Positions 13,177 to 28,242 of a DNA stretch of 64,000 nt are shown here, piece by piece. The notes below the pieces were generated by a model. That model saw only the letters and a program-made list of their open reading frames with translations. It did no database searches and was not told the origin of the DNA. Origin of the DNA: Eledone cirrhosa (Eukaryota). A program made the translations under genes and the position numbers. Numbering within the stretch: the stretch's first letter is position 1; every line of letters starts with the position of its first letter. The stretch lies in the NCBI GenBank assembly GCA_964016885.1, contig OZ024746.1:15562001-15626000 (forward strand), written 5' to 3'.

Positions 13177-13473
13177 AAATATCTTTAAGTCGTTTGGAAG
13201 CCTCGACAATGCAAATGGGTAAATCTCCGGGTAACAAGATCCGGTGGTGGAGAGAGAGATGTAAGTGGGTGTACGTTGAGATGCGTGGTGTGTATATTCT
13301 TCTACACATCTTATACACACCACGCATCTCAACGTACACCCACTTACATCTCTTTCTCCACCACCGGATCTTGTTACCCGGAGATTTACCCATTTGCATT
13401 GTCGAGGCTTCCAAACGACTTAAAGATATTTACTTATTATTCCACAATGCTTCAAGCAAACTTCAATACTCTC
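13177..13473 (+). mobile_element. Fold-back copy of the PLE 3' terminus
   Basis: ~120-bp inverted arms. It ends in CTTCAATACTCTC followed by (AT)n, as at 26206 and 39252. Confidence 0.85.
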
Positions 13474-13549
13474 ATATATACTGTATATATATATTTTTTA
13501 TCCAATTCCATCCCACCCGTCCCCTTAATCTATTTTATTTCTCATTCTT

Positions 13550-13585
13550 TCTTCTGATGAAGGACTAGCCTCCGAAACATTAAGA
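13550..13585 (+). ncRNA. Minimal hammerhead ribozyme, family B (mutated copy)
   Basis: TCTT-CTGATGA-AGGACTAGCCTCC-GAAA-CATT-AAGA. The surrounding 13500-13670 is the reverse complement of 24190-24358. Confidence 0.65.
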
Positions 13586-13772
13586 CCCTCTTCCTGCTAT
13601 ATCAAGCGTTAACCTAATATATACCTTCCACATACTGTACCGATTGTGTTGTTATTTCTGTTTACCTTTTACACACACACACATATATATGAAAACATGA
13701 GAAGAAAGAAGAATACTGCGTGGTTTTCACATGGGTTACATATGATAAAAATAGTCCTTCGTCGGTGATTTT

Positions 13773-13823
13773 CCAACCATCATTGGTATTTCATCGCATT
13801 AAAAATCAGATACCTCAGGTTGG
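13773..13823 (-). ncRNA. Degenerate hammerhead-like motif
   Basis: Reverse complement: CCAAC-CTGAGGT-ATC..GAT-GAAA-TACCAATGA-TG-GTTGG. It has two core substitutions. Confidence 0.4.
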
Positions 13824-14264
13824 TGCGAGCAATAACTAAAAAAAGTTATTGGGACCAGAATTCGCGTAAGGCGAGGGGGACAAGTAAACAACAGCGAAGA
13901 TAGGAAAATAAACAAGCAACATGGTTGTCCGGTCAGCATAAGCTGGGTGGATTTCATGGGCGAGAGAGGTACAGACCGTATTGATGTGTGTGAGATGTGA
14001 GCAAGAAGAGACCCACACAAGCCAAACGAGAGGAAGTGAGAAGGGGAGAAACAGAGAGTGAATGAGTGGAAGTGTGAGGAAGAGGTCAGTCGAGAGAAAG
14101 TGTAACTGACAGAGGGGGCGAAAGAAGGTGAGAGAAACAGAGAGCGAGGAAATATATATATATATATATAGAATTTAGTATATCTACCAACATATGCGTA
14201 CAGATGTACACTAATGCTAGCAAATACATAAGTTATGTCATAGTACCTAGGTGGTTCATACGTC

Positions 14265-14302
<38 letters not shown>

Positions 14303-15007
14303 ATATCTGTGTGCAAGTTCAAAATTGAAAAACGAACGCAAAGAATAATTACAAAATGTATTAGATTCTTCCCCCCCCCCCCCCCCCCTCTCTGTCGCAA
14401 CATCTAATCTACAGAATACGATGTCACAACTTCAGAAAAATCTCAGTTCAAAGTTTACTATCTTATATCTAAGTGGTGGTGGTGGTAGTGGTAGGGGTAG
14501 TAGTGGTGGTAGTGGTAGTAGTAGTAGTGGTGGTAGGGGTAGTAGTGGGGTGGTGGTGATGTTGGTGGTAGTAGTAGTAGTGCTAATAGTAGTAGTGGTG
14601 GTGGTAGTGGTGGTGGTGGTAGTAGTAGTGGTAGTGGTGGAGGGGTAGTGGTGGTAGTGGTGGTAGTGGTAGTAGCAGTGGTGGTGATGGTAGTAGTGGT
14701 GGTAGTGGTGGTGTTGGTAGTGGTAGTGGTGGTGGTGTTAGTAGTGGTGGTAGTGGTAGTGATGGTGTTGGTAGTGGAGGGGGTAGTGGTGGTAGTAGTG
14801 GTGGTAGTGGTAGTAGTAGTGGTAGTAGTGGTAGTGGTGGTGTTGGGTAGTAGTAGTAGTAGTAGTGGTAGTGGTAGTGTTGGTAGTGGTAGTAGTAGTG
14901 GTAAGTAAATATCACATTGGACTTTAAACTTCCTTAACGTCTTCAACAATTACTATATTGAAAGGTAAGCAGCGGGAAGTGAGTGTGTGTGTCTGTGTGT
15001 TTGCGCA

Positions 15008-15067
<60 letters not shown>

Positions 15068-15199
15068 TGTGTGTGTGTGTGTATGTATGTGTGTGTGTGT
15101 GCGTGTGTGTGTATGTGTGTATGTATGTGTGTGTGTGTATGTGTGTGTGTGTGTATGTGTGTGTGTATGTGTGTGTGTGTATGTGTGTATGTATGTATG

Positions 15200-15230
<31 letters not shown>

Positions 15231-15244
15231 GTGTGTGTGTGTGT

Positions 15245-15346
<102 letters not shown>

Positions 15347-15473
15347 TAGTGATAACCAATGTCGGTCATTCATTAAATGTTCACAATTTGTGTCGATTCA
15401 TGTGCCGTGACACGTGAAATTGATTGACTAATCTACTCCCTCACTGCTACCTTTATTGCTACCCTTTGTACCC

Positions 15474-16071
15474 CCTCATTGGTACCCTCACTAACATTGG
15501 TACCTTCACTAACACACCCTCATTGGTACCCTCACTAACATTGGTACTCTCACTAACACACCCTCATTGGTACCCTCACTAACATTGGTACCCTCACTAA
15601 CACACCCTCATTGGTACCCTCACTAACATTGGTACCCTCACTAACACACCCTCATTGGTACCCTCACTAACATTGGTACCCTCACTAACACATCCTCATT
15701 GGTACCCTCACTAACATTGGTACCCTCACTAACACACCCTCATTGGTACCCTCACTAACATTGGTACCTTCACTAACACACCCTCATTGGTACCCTCACT
15801 AATATTGGTACTCTCACTAACACACCCTCATTGGTACCCTCACTAACATTGGTACCCTCACTAACATTGGTACCCTCACTAACATTGGTACTCTCACTAA
15901 CACACCCTCATTGGTACCCTCACTAACGCACCCTCATTGGTACCCTCACTACCACACCCTCATTGGTACCCTCACTAACGCACCCTCATTGGTACCCTCA
16001 CTAACATTGGTACCCTCACTAACACACCCTCATTGGTACCCTCACTAAAATTGGTACCCTCACTACCACAC
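15474..16071. repeat. 18/26-bp minisatellite
   Basis: Unit CATTGGTACCCTCACTAA(CACACCCT). Confidence 0.95.
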
Positions 16072-16274
16072 CAAACAATTTCTACCCCAATACAAATACC
16101 AATGCCACAACTACTATTATTGATTTCTGATTTAGGCACAAGGCCAGCAATTTTGGGCGCGGGGATAAGTAAATGAAATTTATATTTAACTGGTACTTTG
16201 TTTTATCGATTCTGCCGATCCACCATCTTCACCTCCACTAATAGGAACATACATATATGGGCGGTTTGCGTTCA

Positions 16275-16348
<74 letters not shown>

Positions 16349-16351
<3 letters not shown>

Positions 16352-16539
16352 TGGTTACACAACAGTTAGTTCACCACACCGAGAACAATTGTTTCACCTT
16401 CGCGGATCTTCAGCTCGCGAAGGTGAAACAATTGTTCTCGGTATGGTGAACTAACTGTTGTGTATCCACTTCTACCTAACTCGTCCCTTGGACTGAGTGC
16501 TCTACCACTACGGATATTACCTTCCAGTGTTCCACCACT
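16349..16539 (+). mobile_element. Family A fold-back element in (TA)n
   Basis: Inverted arms join inside the HHR. A complete HHR lies on the minus strand at 16380-16417. Confidence 0.85.
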
Positions 16540-16685
16540 ATATATATATATATCTATATATATATATATATATATATCTATATATATATATATATATATA
16601 TTAGTAAAAAGGAAAAGAAAATGCTGACAGATTTTTTTCCAGTGAAAAATAGTTTAATTAGGAATAAGTATAAATTAGTAATAAG

Positions 16686-16876
16686 TAATTGTTTCTACTT
16701 TAGGCACAAGCCCAGCAATTACCCAGTACATTACTGGTACTTTATTTTATCGACCCCGTAAGGATGAAAGGCAAAGTTAACCTCGGCGGGATTTGAACTC
16801 AGACTGGCAAGGGCCGTAACTCTATACGTCAAAGCATGGCGTCCGACCCTCTCCCAATACTGCCAATCCACCGCCC
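16686..16876 (-). mobile_element. SINE
   Basis: Full-length family match with an AATAAGTAAT-like target duplication. Confidence 0.85.
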
Positions 16877-17078
16877 AGAATGGCAATAAGTAATGGTTAG
16901 TATTCAGTGTTAGTTTTAAGTTTTTTACTGGTTGCGCATTTCAAATGCTTTTCGAAAATAACTATATATATATAACGAAGGAAATGTGGCAAGGAACCAG
17001 GTGGACCATAACACACTAAATTACTCAATACTTAGGGTAGTAGAGTGGGTAATAGGAACGAGTAGGACCCTACTCGTT

Positions 17079-17119
<41 letters not shown>

Positions 17120-17124
<5 letters not shown>

Positions 17125-17450
17125 TAAATCTTAGACAGGAACAAAACCAGAGAGGCAGTACAAATATTAGTTTATTAGGTTCACGCTTTTGAGAGTGTGT
17201 GGAGGGGGGCCTTTCGGGCATAAGCCCTTCATCAGGAGAAAAATGGGTAGGAAGAGAGTTCCGAGGGTGTGCGGGGGAGTGGTGGAGAGACATTTTTTTT
17301 AAAAGGGGGGGAGGAAACGATTTCAGAAGTACAAATAAAAATAAAAATAGACATGAAAATAAACAAGTTGTAGAAGGGTGTGAGGGGTGTAGGGGTGGTG
17401 GTGGGTGGAGTTGGGAGAGGAAGGCGGGGGCTCCGAGCGGGGAAGGCTGA
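17120..17450 (-). mobile_element. PLE pLTR-like fragment with a partial hammerhead
   Basis: Reverse complement: CTGATGA-A-GGGC TTAT GCCC-GAAA at about 17211-17234. Stems I and III are decayed. It abuts (TA)n. Confidence 0.55.
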
Positions 17451-17868
17451 AGGTGGTGTTTGTATATGTGTGTAGGTGTACGTTTGTGTGTGGGTGTGTA
17501 TATATATTCTTTATTGAAATACCATTAATCTGCTGATATTATTACCAACAGATACAATTTACAATAACATTTTCAAAATATTGAAAATCCATACAAAACG
17601 GGTTAAATTTCCACAAAGGCTTAATTCTTAAACTGAAAATAAATAGAATTTGGTTTATGGTCAATGGTGTCATTGAAGACAGACATATGACTTTCTTTCT
17701 CTCATACACACACACGGTGCCTCTCCCCATTCTCACCCTTTCTTCCTTTCCTTGCCTCACCCTCTCTTTTTACTTCTCCTTCATCATTCCCAAACACCTC
17801 TCTCTCCTTTTCTCTATTTTTCTCTCCACGCCGTCTTCAACCAGTTTTCGTCTTCTACCCACACTCTA

Positions 17869-17958
<90 letters not shown>

Positions 17959-20900
17959 TCTATCTCTCTCCTCTTCCAACACCCCCTTATCTCCCACCAC
18001 TTACTTTTAAACATTCTATAAAAAGATTCCACTGCTACGATATATATAAATGGACATTGTCGCCCTTATAAACTGTCCATTGTTGTGGCAGCCGAGATCC
18101 TCTCCAAAGATAACAGATCCTCCAAACACCACTCTTTACTCCCAGTCATCCCACTCCCAAACCTTAACCAGTCTTAGACAACATACTCAGTACTGAATAA
18201 GAAACGTCGACCCTGAGATCGTATCCCGCTGTCATTTTATTAACTCTCTATGTTGTTTTTTATCAACATTTTAAGAGTCCGGTATTCCGATCCATACTTT
18301 ACTATTGAAAATATCCAAGTCTTTTTAGCGTAGTGACGCAATGCACTTACCTGGTATCCGAGAGATACGGGGTTCAATTTCTCGTATCTGCCGATGTTCC
18401 CTCTTTTTTCGTCTCCAGGGGTACTTTTCCTAATGTTTTCAACATTTATTTAGTGTTATCGACTACTATTCTCATTATGGTTTTTGCCCACATTTCAAAT
18501 TTCAAATTTTCCCAACGCTTCTTAAGTCAACCGACTGTTTAGTTTTACTATTATTTTCTTGGTTTCCAATGCTCTGTTGCATATCCATTGCTCTACGTCT
18601 CATTTTCTTATTTATAAGTTACAAGAATGTATATTGATTTAATTTATTCATTTGCTAATAAATCTGAGTTACATTGGTCCGCTTTGACGAGTCGATAAAA
18701 TAAAGGACCAGTAACATATTGGAATTGATTTAATCGACATTCCTATCTCCCAAAATTGTTGGCTGTGTGCCTAAATCAGAAAGTATTATTCACAGTGATT
18801 GACTGTTATTACAGTCATTTACGTTGACACGACTACATTTTCGGGAAGGTGGGGGGGGGGGGTCATTTTCATTTTTTATGCACAGACAGTGTAGGAATTT
18901 CATCCAAGTTTCATTTCCACTTTTCTAAAAGTTTGGCTGCTATGTCATCTGTTTTAGAAGTTCCGTTGTTTTCACAGCCTCTTTCTCTCTTTTCTTTTTG
19001 TTTTCACTTCAGATATTTGTGGTAAAGATTCTCATTCTCCAACACAGTTTCAGCTTTGATCATTTTGATTACTTTCAGCTTGATTATTATCTATTATCTT
19101 CTTCTATAAGCTGTAGCAATATTCTTTCTATCCTTTCTCAATATCTTTGCTTTCATAAACCATTCATTCTACTATCTTTATCTTTGATAACATCGATTCT
19201 CAGTGCAAAGATTCGTCTTATTAACTTCACCGTTTTCTAAAGAACTTTCTAGAATTTGTTATTAAAAGTTTTTCAATCTCTGCACAATTTTTTTTTTGTT
19301 TTTTGTTTTTTTGTTTTTGTTTTTTTTTTGTTATTTTATTTTCTGGTGTTTTTTTGTCTTTTTTTCACCATGGTTCAAATTTCATGGCTCAACTGTTGAT
19401 ATCGTTCTTTGGCTTTCTGTGATATCATATCACTGCTTTTTAAAGATTATCTTTCTTCAATGTTATCTAATATCTCGTCTTTTATCCACTTCAATCGTTC
19501 TCTTCCTTTTTTCTTTTTCTTTTGTAATATTTTCTCTACTAAATCCAAAACCACTTTTTAGCTTTATTCTACAAATTATTCTGGGTGACTTTCTCCTTCA
19601 CATTGCCTAAGTTCTTCAAATAGTTTTATTTTATTTCAAAATTTCTACATTAAAATTATTTGGAATATTTTCAAGATCGTATCTTAGTGATTTCATTTTT
19701 TTTTTTATTAATATTAAGACGCAATATGACAGTGTTTTCAACTAGGAGTTGCGACTAGTAGATGGTATCAGCAATGGAAAGACCAATGGAAACATTGTTT
19801 CCTTGGTCCGATTTGACGAGTTCTACTTCAGTCAATAAGCGATCGATCGGTTTTAAAAAATGATATTGGCAACAATGTTAATGCTTACTGTTGCAGTCAG
19901 TAACTAGGTGTTGAACATACGATCATGTGTTCGATTCTTGGAGTATTCTGTGGTATTCTCGAGCAAAACACTTCATTCCGCTTTGTTCCAGTATACTCAG
20001 CTGAAAATGAGTACCAGTAATAGCTGGGGGTTTAATCTTGCAATTGACTGGTGTTCTGTCCAGGGGGAAGTTTTGTATTCTTTGTTGCTTTACGTCACGG
20101 AAATCAGTATTGACACCGGCTAGATGAGCATCCGGGCTCAAGACAGACCTTGGGAGGGAACAATTCTTGAGTGAAATATGGTAGACAGAAACTGTTTAGA
20201 AGCCCATAGACTGAAATAGGCCTGTAAATTCAAACGGCCAACCTTGTCACTCGCACTTGTATGCTGAATCTACTCTCATTTATTTCCTGAGAAGTCTAAT
20301 CTGTTGATCGAATCAACTGAAACACTCGTCGTCGAAACCGACGGAAGTTTAACTCTCGTACTTTAAAATATTGCAAATGGCTAGCATCCCAGGGTATATA
20401 ACTTAATGATGACGAATGCCCTAAATAAATGACATTTTTCTAAGCGCCAGTTAGGTCAAAATGGGTGTTTCCTAAATACAATAAATAGGATTGCCAATAG
20501 AACATCTGACTGATAAAATGACAAGTCAGTCAATCATATTGGTGGCCTCCCCACATCCCCGGCGGACAGAATGGAGAAGGCGTTTCCTCAGACGACGGCA
20601 AGGGAGACGCGCTGGAAAAGCCATTCCAGCTCGCGAGGCTCACATCTGCGGCTGGCCAGCCCAGCGCCTATGGTGGTGAATAGTAGTTTATCTAACATAA
20701 ACCAATCGCCGGAGTGAGCCCCGCCAGTTGGAACGACTATTTCAACGTATTTTCCTCGCTCTCACTCGGGACAATGTTTTCTCCATTCAGTCCTCCGCTG
20801 GGACTAAGAAGTGGCTTGAGCCTGGTGTTCTGCATGTCAGAAAGCGTTCTCCCACACCCCTGAAGTTCAAATCATTTAAGTGGGATTGGGGTATGTGTTG

Positions 20901-21460
20901 TCTGGGTATTCTTTCGCATATTTTCGTCTATTCAACTCAAATCTCGACACGATAACATAACAAAATTCACACAGCAATAAAAAACAACAAAAACAACCCA
21001 CAAAGAATCACTTCAATCCTGTTCAAACTATATGTAAAAGCTTTAGTTTCCCCATATAGATCTAGCGTGACTTACATAGCTACATTTTTTCGTTGGAAAT
21101 TTTAAAAACATTTTCATGATAAAAAAAAAAGTCATTTGAGTATTTTATACTGTTTAATATTAAAACAAAGGAACATACCCCATCCTTTTCTTTTGATCTC
21201 TGATTCAAACATAATTCAGACAATACAGTTAAACATTTTATCATCTCCTCTATACATTCACTTTGTTCCATATCTACTCCGTCTTTTTTGTCTCCCTAAC
21301 TGTTCATTGTTTAACCTTTCTATTTATATATTTATAAATCCCTAGCTCCGTTTTGTATTTTGGATAAACACCCAAAGCTATACACTAGCGAATGTTATCA
21401 GCTATAGCTTAACCCATCTCAACCATACTACTACTACTACTACTACTACCACTACTACCA

Positions 21461-21527
<67 letters not shown>

Positions 21528-22160
21528 GACTACTACTCAGACACACACATACACATACACGTGTATTTTAAGAGAGTTCTCAGTGAGATTCAGTGAGACC
21601 CAGAATGGGAAAAGGCTAGTCCTTTGAAACCGGGATACAGATCATATTTTTTTTTTCCGAGCTGAGTAGATTGAATAAAGAGTCTTGCTGAAGGACCCAG
21701 CACACTGCCTGGTTCAGGTATCGAACTCATCAACTTACGATCATCAGCCGAACTCCATAACCACCAAACCACACGCATTCACGCACACAAACTCATACAC
21801 TCACACACACACACTCACACACACTCACTCTCTCTCACACAAACACAATCTCACATTGACTCACACACAACTCTTTCTCACACGCAAACACACTCTCTTT
21901 CTCTATCTATCTATCTATCTATCTATTTATCTATCTCTCTCTTTCACACACACACACACACATACACTCACACACACTCACATACACCCACACACACTCA
22001 CATACACCCACACACACTCACACACATGCTCTGACACACTCACTGACAAACACACACTCACACATATTCACTCCCACAAACACACACTCACACATACTCG
22101 CTTTTACAAACACACACTCTCTCTCACACACTCACACATACTCGCTCTCACCATACACTC

Positions 22161-22192
<32 letters not shown>

Positions 22193-22250
22193 ACGCACAC
22201 ACACACTCACACACGCACACACACAAACACACTCACACAAACACACTCAC

Positions 22251-22285
<35 letters not shown>

Positions 22286-22499
22286 CACACAAACACGAAC
22301 ACACACACTCACACAAACACGAACACACACACACACGCACACACACAAACACACACACACACAAACACACGCACACACGCACACACGCACACACGCACAC
22401 ACGCACACACACAAACACACACAAACACACTCACACATACATACACACACAAACACACACACACACGCACACGCACACACGCACACACACAAACACACT

Positions 22500-22531
<32 letters not shown>

Positions 22532-23096
22532 CACACACACACGCACACACACACACACACACACACTAACTGCGTCAGGCTCTAACATGTTCCATCCGTC
22601 AGAAATAACCAAGTTAGAAACAACAACGAAATCCAGTTTAATCCTAATCCGGTGAATCCGTTAATCACATCTGGACAAACCTCCTCCTCCCTCTCCTCTT
22701 CCCTCTCCTCTTCCCCCTCCTCCACCACCATCTTCTTCTCCTCTTCTACCCCTCCCTCTCTTCCACATCCCCCCTCCCCCTCCATGGAATTAATCCGACA
22801 GTAAACCTAAATACACACGAATGCCCTCTCCGGCTATAGAGTCATTCAGTCCAAGCAGAAGTAGTAGCAGCAGCAGTAGTAGTAGTACTATTAGTATTAG
22901 TAGTTGTAGTAGTAGTAGTAGTAGTAGTAGTAGGAGTAGTAGTAGTAGTAGTAACACCACCACCATCACCATCATTAGTCGCACGAATATCGTCATTACC
23001 ATAATCATCACCATCATCACCATCATCATCATTATAATCATCATCATCATCATCATCATAATCATCATAATCATCATCATCACCAGCACCACCATC

Positions 23097-23128
<32 letters not shown>

Positions 23129-23704
23129 CATCATCAGTGATTTCTAAGATAGGCACAAGGCCAGTAAATATGAGTGTGGGGAGAGAGTGGACACAGTTGA
23201 TTAAATTAACCGCAGTACATAACTGGTACCTTATTTTATCGACGGTATTTGAACTCAAGATATATAGAATCAGAAGAAATATCACAATTGTATTTTATAT
23301 GACGCTCTACCAATTTTGACAATCCACCACTATTTTCATCATCATTGAAATTCATTCAAATTATTTACGAGATTTTGTATGGTTTACACTCTCCACCCCA
23401 TATATATATATTGTTTCTCAACCTGTTAGTTATTTCGTTATTTTGGTATTGTGTGTTAGATTTTGCCTACCACAATGTTCAATTTGTCAAGCTATTTAAA
23501 CGTATGTTATTACTCTAAGGACCTACCTTGTCGAGTGGAATTTGCTTGCACACAGCCAAAGATTCGATTTTACTAAGCATCCAATTATATATATATTAGA
23601 ATGATCGAGTATCGAAAAATCGGCGTACGAGTTCACGAAAAACAAAATTCGATATGAGCGGCAGAGTGCTCGCTGATTTAGATAAATCAGAGCTATAACT
23701 ATCG

Positions 23705-23764
<60 letters not shown>

Positions 23765-23955
23765 GTAGGTCCCGGGTTGAGTCGGGGATAACCACAATAA
23801 GTAAGGTACTCAATACATGGCAGAGTAAAAAAATTTTATTTTATAGAAGGAGCTTCTACAGGACTAGTACTGTTTCATTCAGATGAAATCTTCAGGAAGC
23901 TCCTGAAGATTTCATCTGAATGAAACAGTACTAGTCCTGTAGAAGCTCCTTCTAT

Positions 23956-23961
<6 letters not shown>
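23765..23961 (-). mobile_element. Family D fold-back element
   Basis: Perfect ~60-bp arms with the apex immediately 5' of CTGAAGA...GAAA on both strands. Confidence 0.85.
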
Positions 23962-24005
<44 letters not shown>

Positions 24006-24074
24006 TTTCGGCGCCCAGTTGTAAATAGCACTGTATAGTGAAGTAGCAGTTATAAAAATCGCCTCTCTCGTCAG

Positions 24075-24194
<120 letters not shown>

Positions 24195-24275
24195 GGTAAA
24201 CAGAAGTAACAACACAAACGGTACAGTATTATGGAAGGGTATATGAGGTTAACGCTTGATATACCAGGAAGAGGG

Positions 24276-24311
24276 TCTTAACGTTTCGGACGCTAGTCCT
24301 TCATCAGAAGA
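24276..24311 (-). ncRNA. Minimal hammerhead ribozyme, family B
   Basis: Reverse complement: TCTT-CTGATGA-A-GGAC TAGC GTCC-GAAA-CG-TT-AAGA. Confidence 0.75.
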
Positions 24312-24515
24312 AAGAATGAGAAATAAGATAGATTAAGGGGACGGGTGGGTTGGATATATATAATGAAGGAATGTAGAATAACACGAATAAACTATACAGT
24401 AGCGTTTATTCCAAGTATTAACATGTTTCATTGGCTAGTATGTGGTTGGATGAGTCTTAAAATCGCTATCTGCAATGATGATGTGACACTCGATTTTAAA
24501 TACTGCTTATGCTTG

Positions 24516-24603
<88 letters not shown>

Positions 24604-24739
24604 TTTCATGCACATTTATATGCTATCATATGTTTTTACCTTATTTGGAAAATGTATTATTATTATTGTGTTGATGACGATGACGAAATGATTGTTGTTG
24701 TTTAACCCGGAGTCAACCCTAATTGCACCCATGTCTGAT

Positions 24740-24933
24740 CAATAATTGTTTCTACTTTTGGCACAAGGCCAGCAATTACACCAGTACATTACTGGTACTT
24801 TATTTTATCGATCCCGTAAGGATGAAAGGCAAAGTTAACCTCGACGGGATTTGAACTCAGACCGTAAAAGGACGTAACTATATGCCGCAAAGCATGGTGT
24901 CCGACTCTCTACCGATACTGCCAATTCACCGCC
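24740..24933 (-). mobile_element. SINE with target-site duplication
   Basis: Flanked by CATGTCTGAT(C/A)AATAAT. Confidence 0.85.
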
Positions 24934-25199
24934 CATGTCTGATAAATAATGTTACAGCTATAACCACGTTGTCTTTTGTACACCAGTGTCTACATTGCCC
25001 AATGAGCCCTCCTCCCGCTTTAGTTGCTGTTTCTAGCGTTTATATTAAACTCTAACGACTCCGCCAATCCAACGTCCCTACATAATACTGTAAATATTGC
25101 ATCCCATAGATTAGCCTCATCATCATGATGATCAGAAAATACTTTAGCTCCTACAAAGCTGGGCTAGCGCCAACAATGAACGGTACTGCTAGTACGCCG

Positions 25200-25545
25200 A
25201 CAGAACAGTTACCTTGAGCCAAAACGGTTCACTTGAGACAGAACACTTCAGTTGTGATAACGGTTTAGTTGAGCTAGAACAGTTGACGTGAGCCAGAACA
25301 TTTGATTTGAGACAGAACAGTTGACTTGAGACATGAGTCAGAACAGTTGACTTGAGATATGAGACAGAACAGTTGACTTGAGCCAGAACATTTGATTTGA
25401 GACACAACAGTTGACTTGAGCCAGAATAGTTGACTTGAGACATGAGACAGAACAGTTCAGCTGAGACAGATAAGTTGACTTCAGACATGAGACAGAACAT
25501 TTGACTTGAGACATGAGACAGAAAAGTTGACTTGATTTGAGAGAG
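25200..25545. repeat. Degenerate 19-26-bp tandem repeat
   Basis: Variants of GACAGAACAGTTGACTTGAGACATGA. Confidence 0.85.
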
Positions 25546-25997
25546 AATTGTTTGCTAGTGACTCGAGTCAGTCTCCGGGGCCACATTTCTTCTTCAGTAG
25601 ATACCCAAACTGAACATTGATGGAGCTTGCACGGTCATAAGGCATGCTGTGCCCAATCCCCCCCACCCCCCACCACCACCACCACCACCACCCCACCGCC
25701 GTTATCTACTAAACATATCACGAAATCTATAGTGTTATCATGTATTAGCAACAAGAGGTATATTGAATAAACAGAGCTAGCAGTAAATCCAACGAAATGT
25801 TTGTCAATGTGTCAAGAACAAAGATTTGGAGAAGTAGTATGTTGAGAAGAAAGACTCACAACAACAATTCTAGTAACGAAAGCATTTAAAGCGACAGTGA
25901 AAACGATTTGTAATGCTAGAGTTGGTGACTGCCACATCTGATACCATGTTTAATATCTCAGTTTACAAACATGCTTTCACACATACACACATGCATA

Positions 25998-26073
<76 letters not shown>

Positions 26074-26155
26074 CGAAGGAATTGTGGTAAGGAACCAGAT
26101 TGACCATGACGCACCAGAGTACTCAATGCTTACGGTAGTAGAGTGGGTAATAGGA

Positions 26156-26205
<50 letters not shown>

Positions 26206-26210
<5 letters not shown>

Positions 26211-26833
26211 TATTGAAGTTTGCTTGAAGCATTGTGGAATAATAGGTAAATATCTTTAAGTCGTTTGGAAGCCTCGACAATGCAAATGGGTAAATCTCCG
26301 GGTAACAAGATCCGGTGGTGGAGAGAGAGATGTAAGTGGGTGTACGTTGAGATGCGTGGTGTGTATAAGACGTGTAGAGGAATGAAGGAAAGAGTATAAA
26401 GGATAAAATAAAAATAACAACACGAGAGAGAGTTACCTTGGGAGAGATTTAATTGTCCCTATATATTTCGGATTCACATCCATCAACTGGGGGTTTTGAA
26501 TATCTGGCCAGATATTCAAAACAACAAACAGCGAAGGACGCGTTTCGTACCTTTCCGACAGACAACCTTTTCCCCACCCCGAAAAAAACCCCAGTTGATG
26601 GATGTGAATCCGAAATATATAGGGACAATTAAATCTCTCCCAAGGTAACTCTCTCTCGTGTTGTTATTTTTATTTTATCCTTTATACTCTTTCCTTCATT
26701 CCTCTACACGTCTTATACACACCACGCATCTCAACGTACACCCACTTACATCTCTCTCTCCACCACCGGATCTTGTTACCCGGAGATTTACCCATTTGCA
26801 TTATCGAGGCTTCCAAACGACTTAAAGATATTT
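26206..26833 (-). mobile_element. Long fold-back copy of the PLE pLTR
   Basis: Near-perfect inverted arms of ~245 bp (26247-26495 and 26586-26833), homologous to 39252-39560. Confidence 0.9.
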
Positions 26834-26835
26834 AC

Positions 26836-26892
<57 letters not shown>

Positions 26893-27386
26893 AATATTGA
26901 ACATCGCTATCTGCAAGATTATCCCAAACCGAAAGAAACCCCCTTCAAAGTCAGATACAGAATATGTATGAGGCTTTGGTAGCCATTGATAGACATGCAT
27001 TATTGCAAAACTTAACTGAATGACATTGCATATCTACAACATAGTAGCAAAGGTGTGTGTGTGTGAATGTGTGAGTATGAGTGTCTGTGTGGTGTGTGTA
27101 TGTGTGTGTGACTCTGTGTGGTGTGTCTGTGTGCGTCTCTGTGTATGTGTCTGTGTGTCTGAGGTGTGTGTGTATATGTGCGTGTGTGTATGTGTGTGTG
27201 TGTGTCTGCGTGTATGTGTGTGTGCATGTATGTATGTGTGTGTGGTGTGTCTGTGTGCGTCTCTCTGTCTCTCTGTATGTGTCTGTGTGTCTGAGGTGTG
27301 TGTATATGTGCGTGTGTCTATGTGTGTGTGTGTATGTATGTATGTGTGTGTGGTGTGCGTCTCTGTGTATGTGTCTGAGGTGTGTG

Positions 27387-27430
<44 letters not shown>

Positions 27431-27741
27431 TGCGTGTATGTGTGTGTGTATGTATGTGTGTGTGATGAACCTGCAAACTTGTCTATCGTGAAACTTACGA
27501 CAATCTGCAAATGCTCCTCAAGATAAGAAATTTTACACACATGGAATTTATTTTTACTTTTGTACACAGATGTAAGTGTGAACATGTGGACATGTGGACA
27601 AAGAGCATAGTACAATGGTTAAGGAGTTCTCTTCGCAATCATTAGGTCCCGGGTTCGATTCCACTGCATGACATCGGGTCGATCTATGCCTTGTGAGGGA
27701 AATTGGGTAGATGGAAACTGTTTGGAAGCCCAAATTAAATA

Positions 27742-27960
27742 TGGTTTCTTATATAGGCACAAGGCCAGCAATTGTACTGGGGAGGGGAAAGTCGATTAAA
27801 TCGACCCCAGTGCGTGACTGGTACTTTATTTTACCGACCCCGTATGGATGAAAGGCAAAGTTAACCTCGGCGGGATTTGAACTCAGATCATAAAGGGCCG
27901 TAACTCTATGCTGCAAAGCATGGCGTCCGACCCTCTACCGATACTGTCAATCCACCGCCC
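27742..27960 (-). mobile_element. SINE, longer variant
   Basis: Family match with an extra GGGGAAAGTCGATTAAATCGACC segment, also seen at 37275-37485. Confidence 0.8.
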
Positions 27961-28209
27961 TAAACGCAAATTAAATATAAAAATATAAAATAGTAGCATG
28001 CAGTCCTAAGGCTTAGTGTAATGCACTACTTGGAGCCCAGGCTGATAAATCTAATCACCTACTAAGATCAATAGGATCGATTAATTCTTCCCTTACGATG
28101 TTTGATCTTGATCCTCTGTTAGAACGTAAATTATTGTCTCAGAAATTAATTTTAAAAAAAGGGGCACATAACTCGTGATGTATTCATAGGGGTGCTGTAT
28201 TGATACACG

Positions 28210-28242
<33 letters not shown>

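Noticed and set aside
13101-13568. Recurrent ORF 'LLPGDLPICIVEASKRLKD' on both strands
   Set aside because: It is an artefact of the palindromic PLE terminus, and the frame is not preserved in the 39252 copy.
18315-18400. tRNA-like A/B box sequence
   Set aside because: It does not fold into a cloverleaf and is most likely a decayed SINE head.
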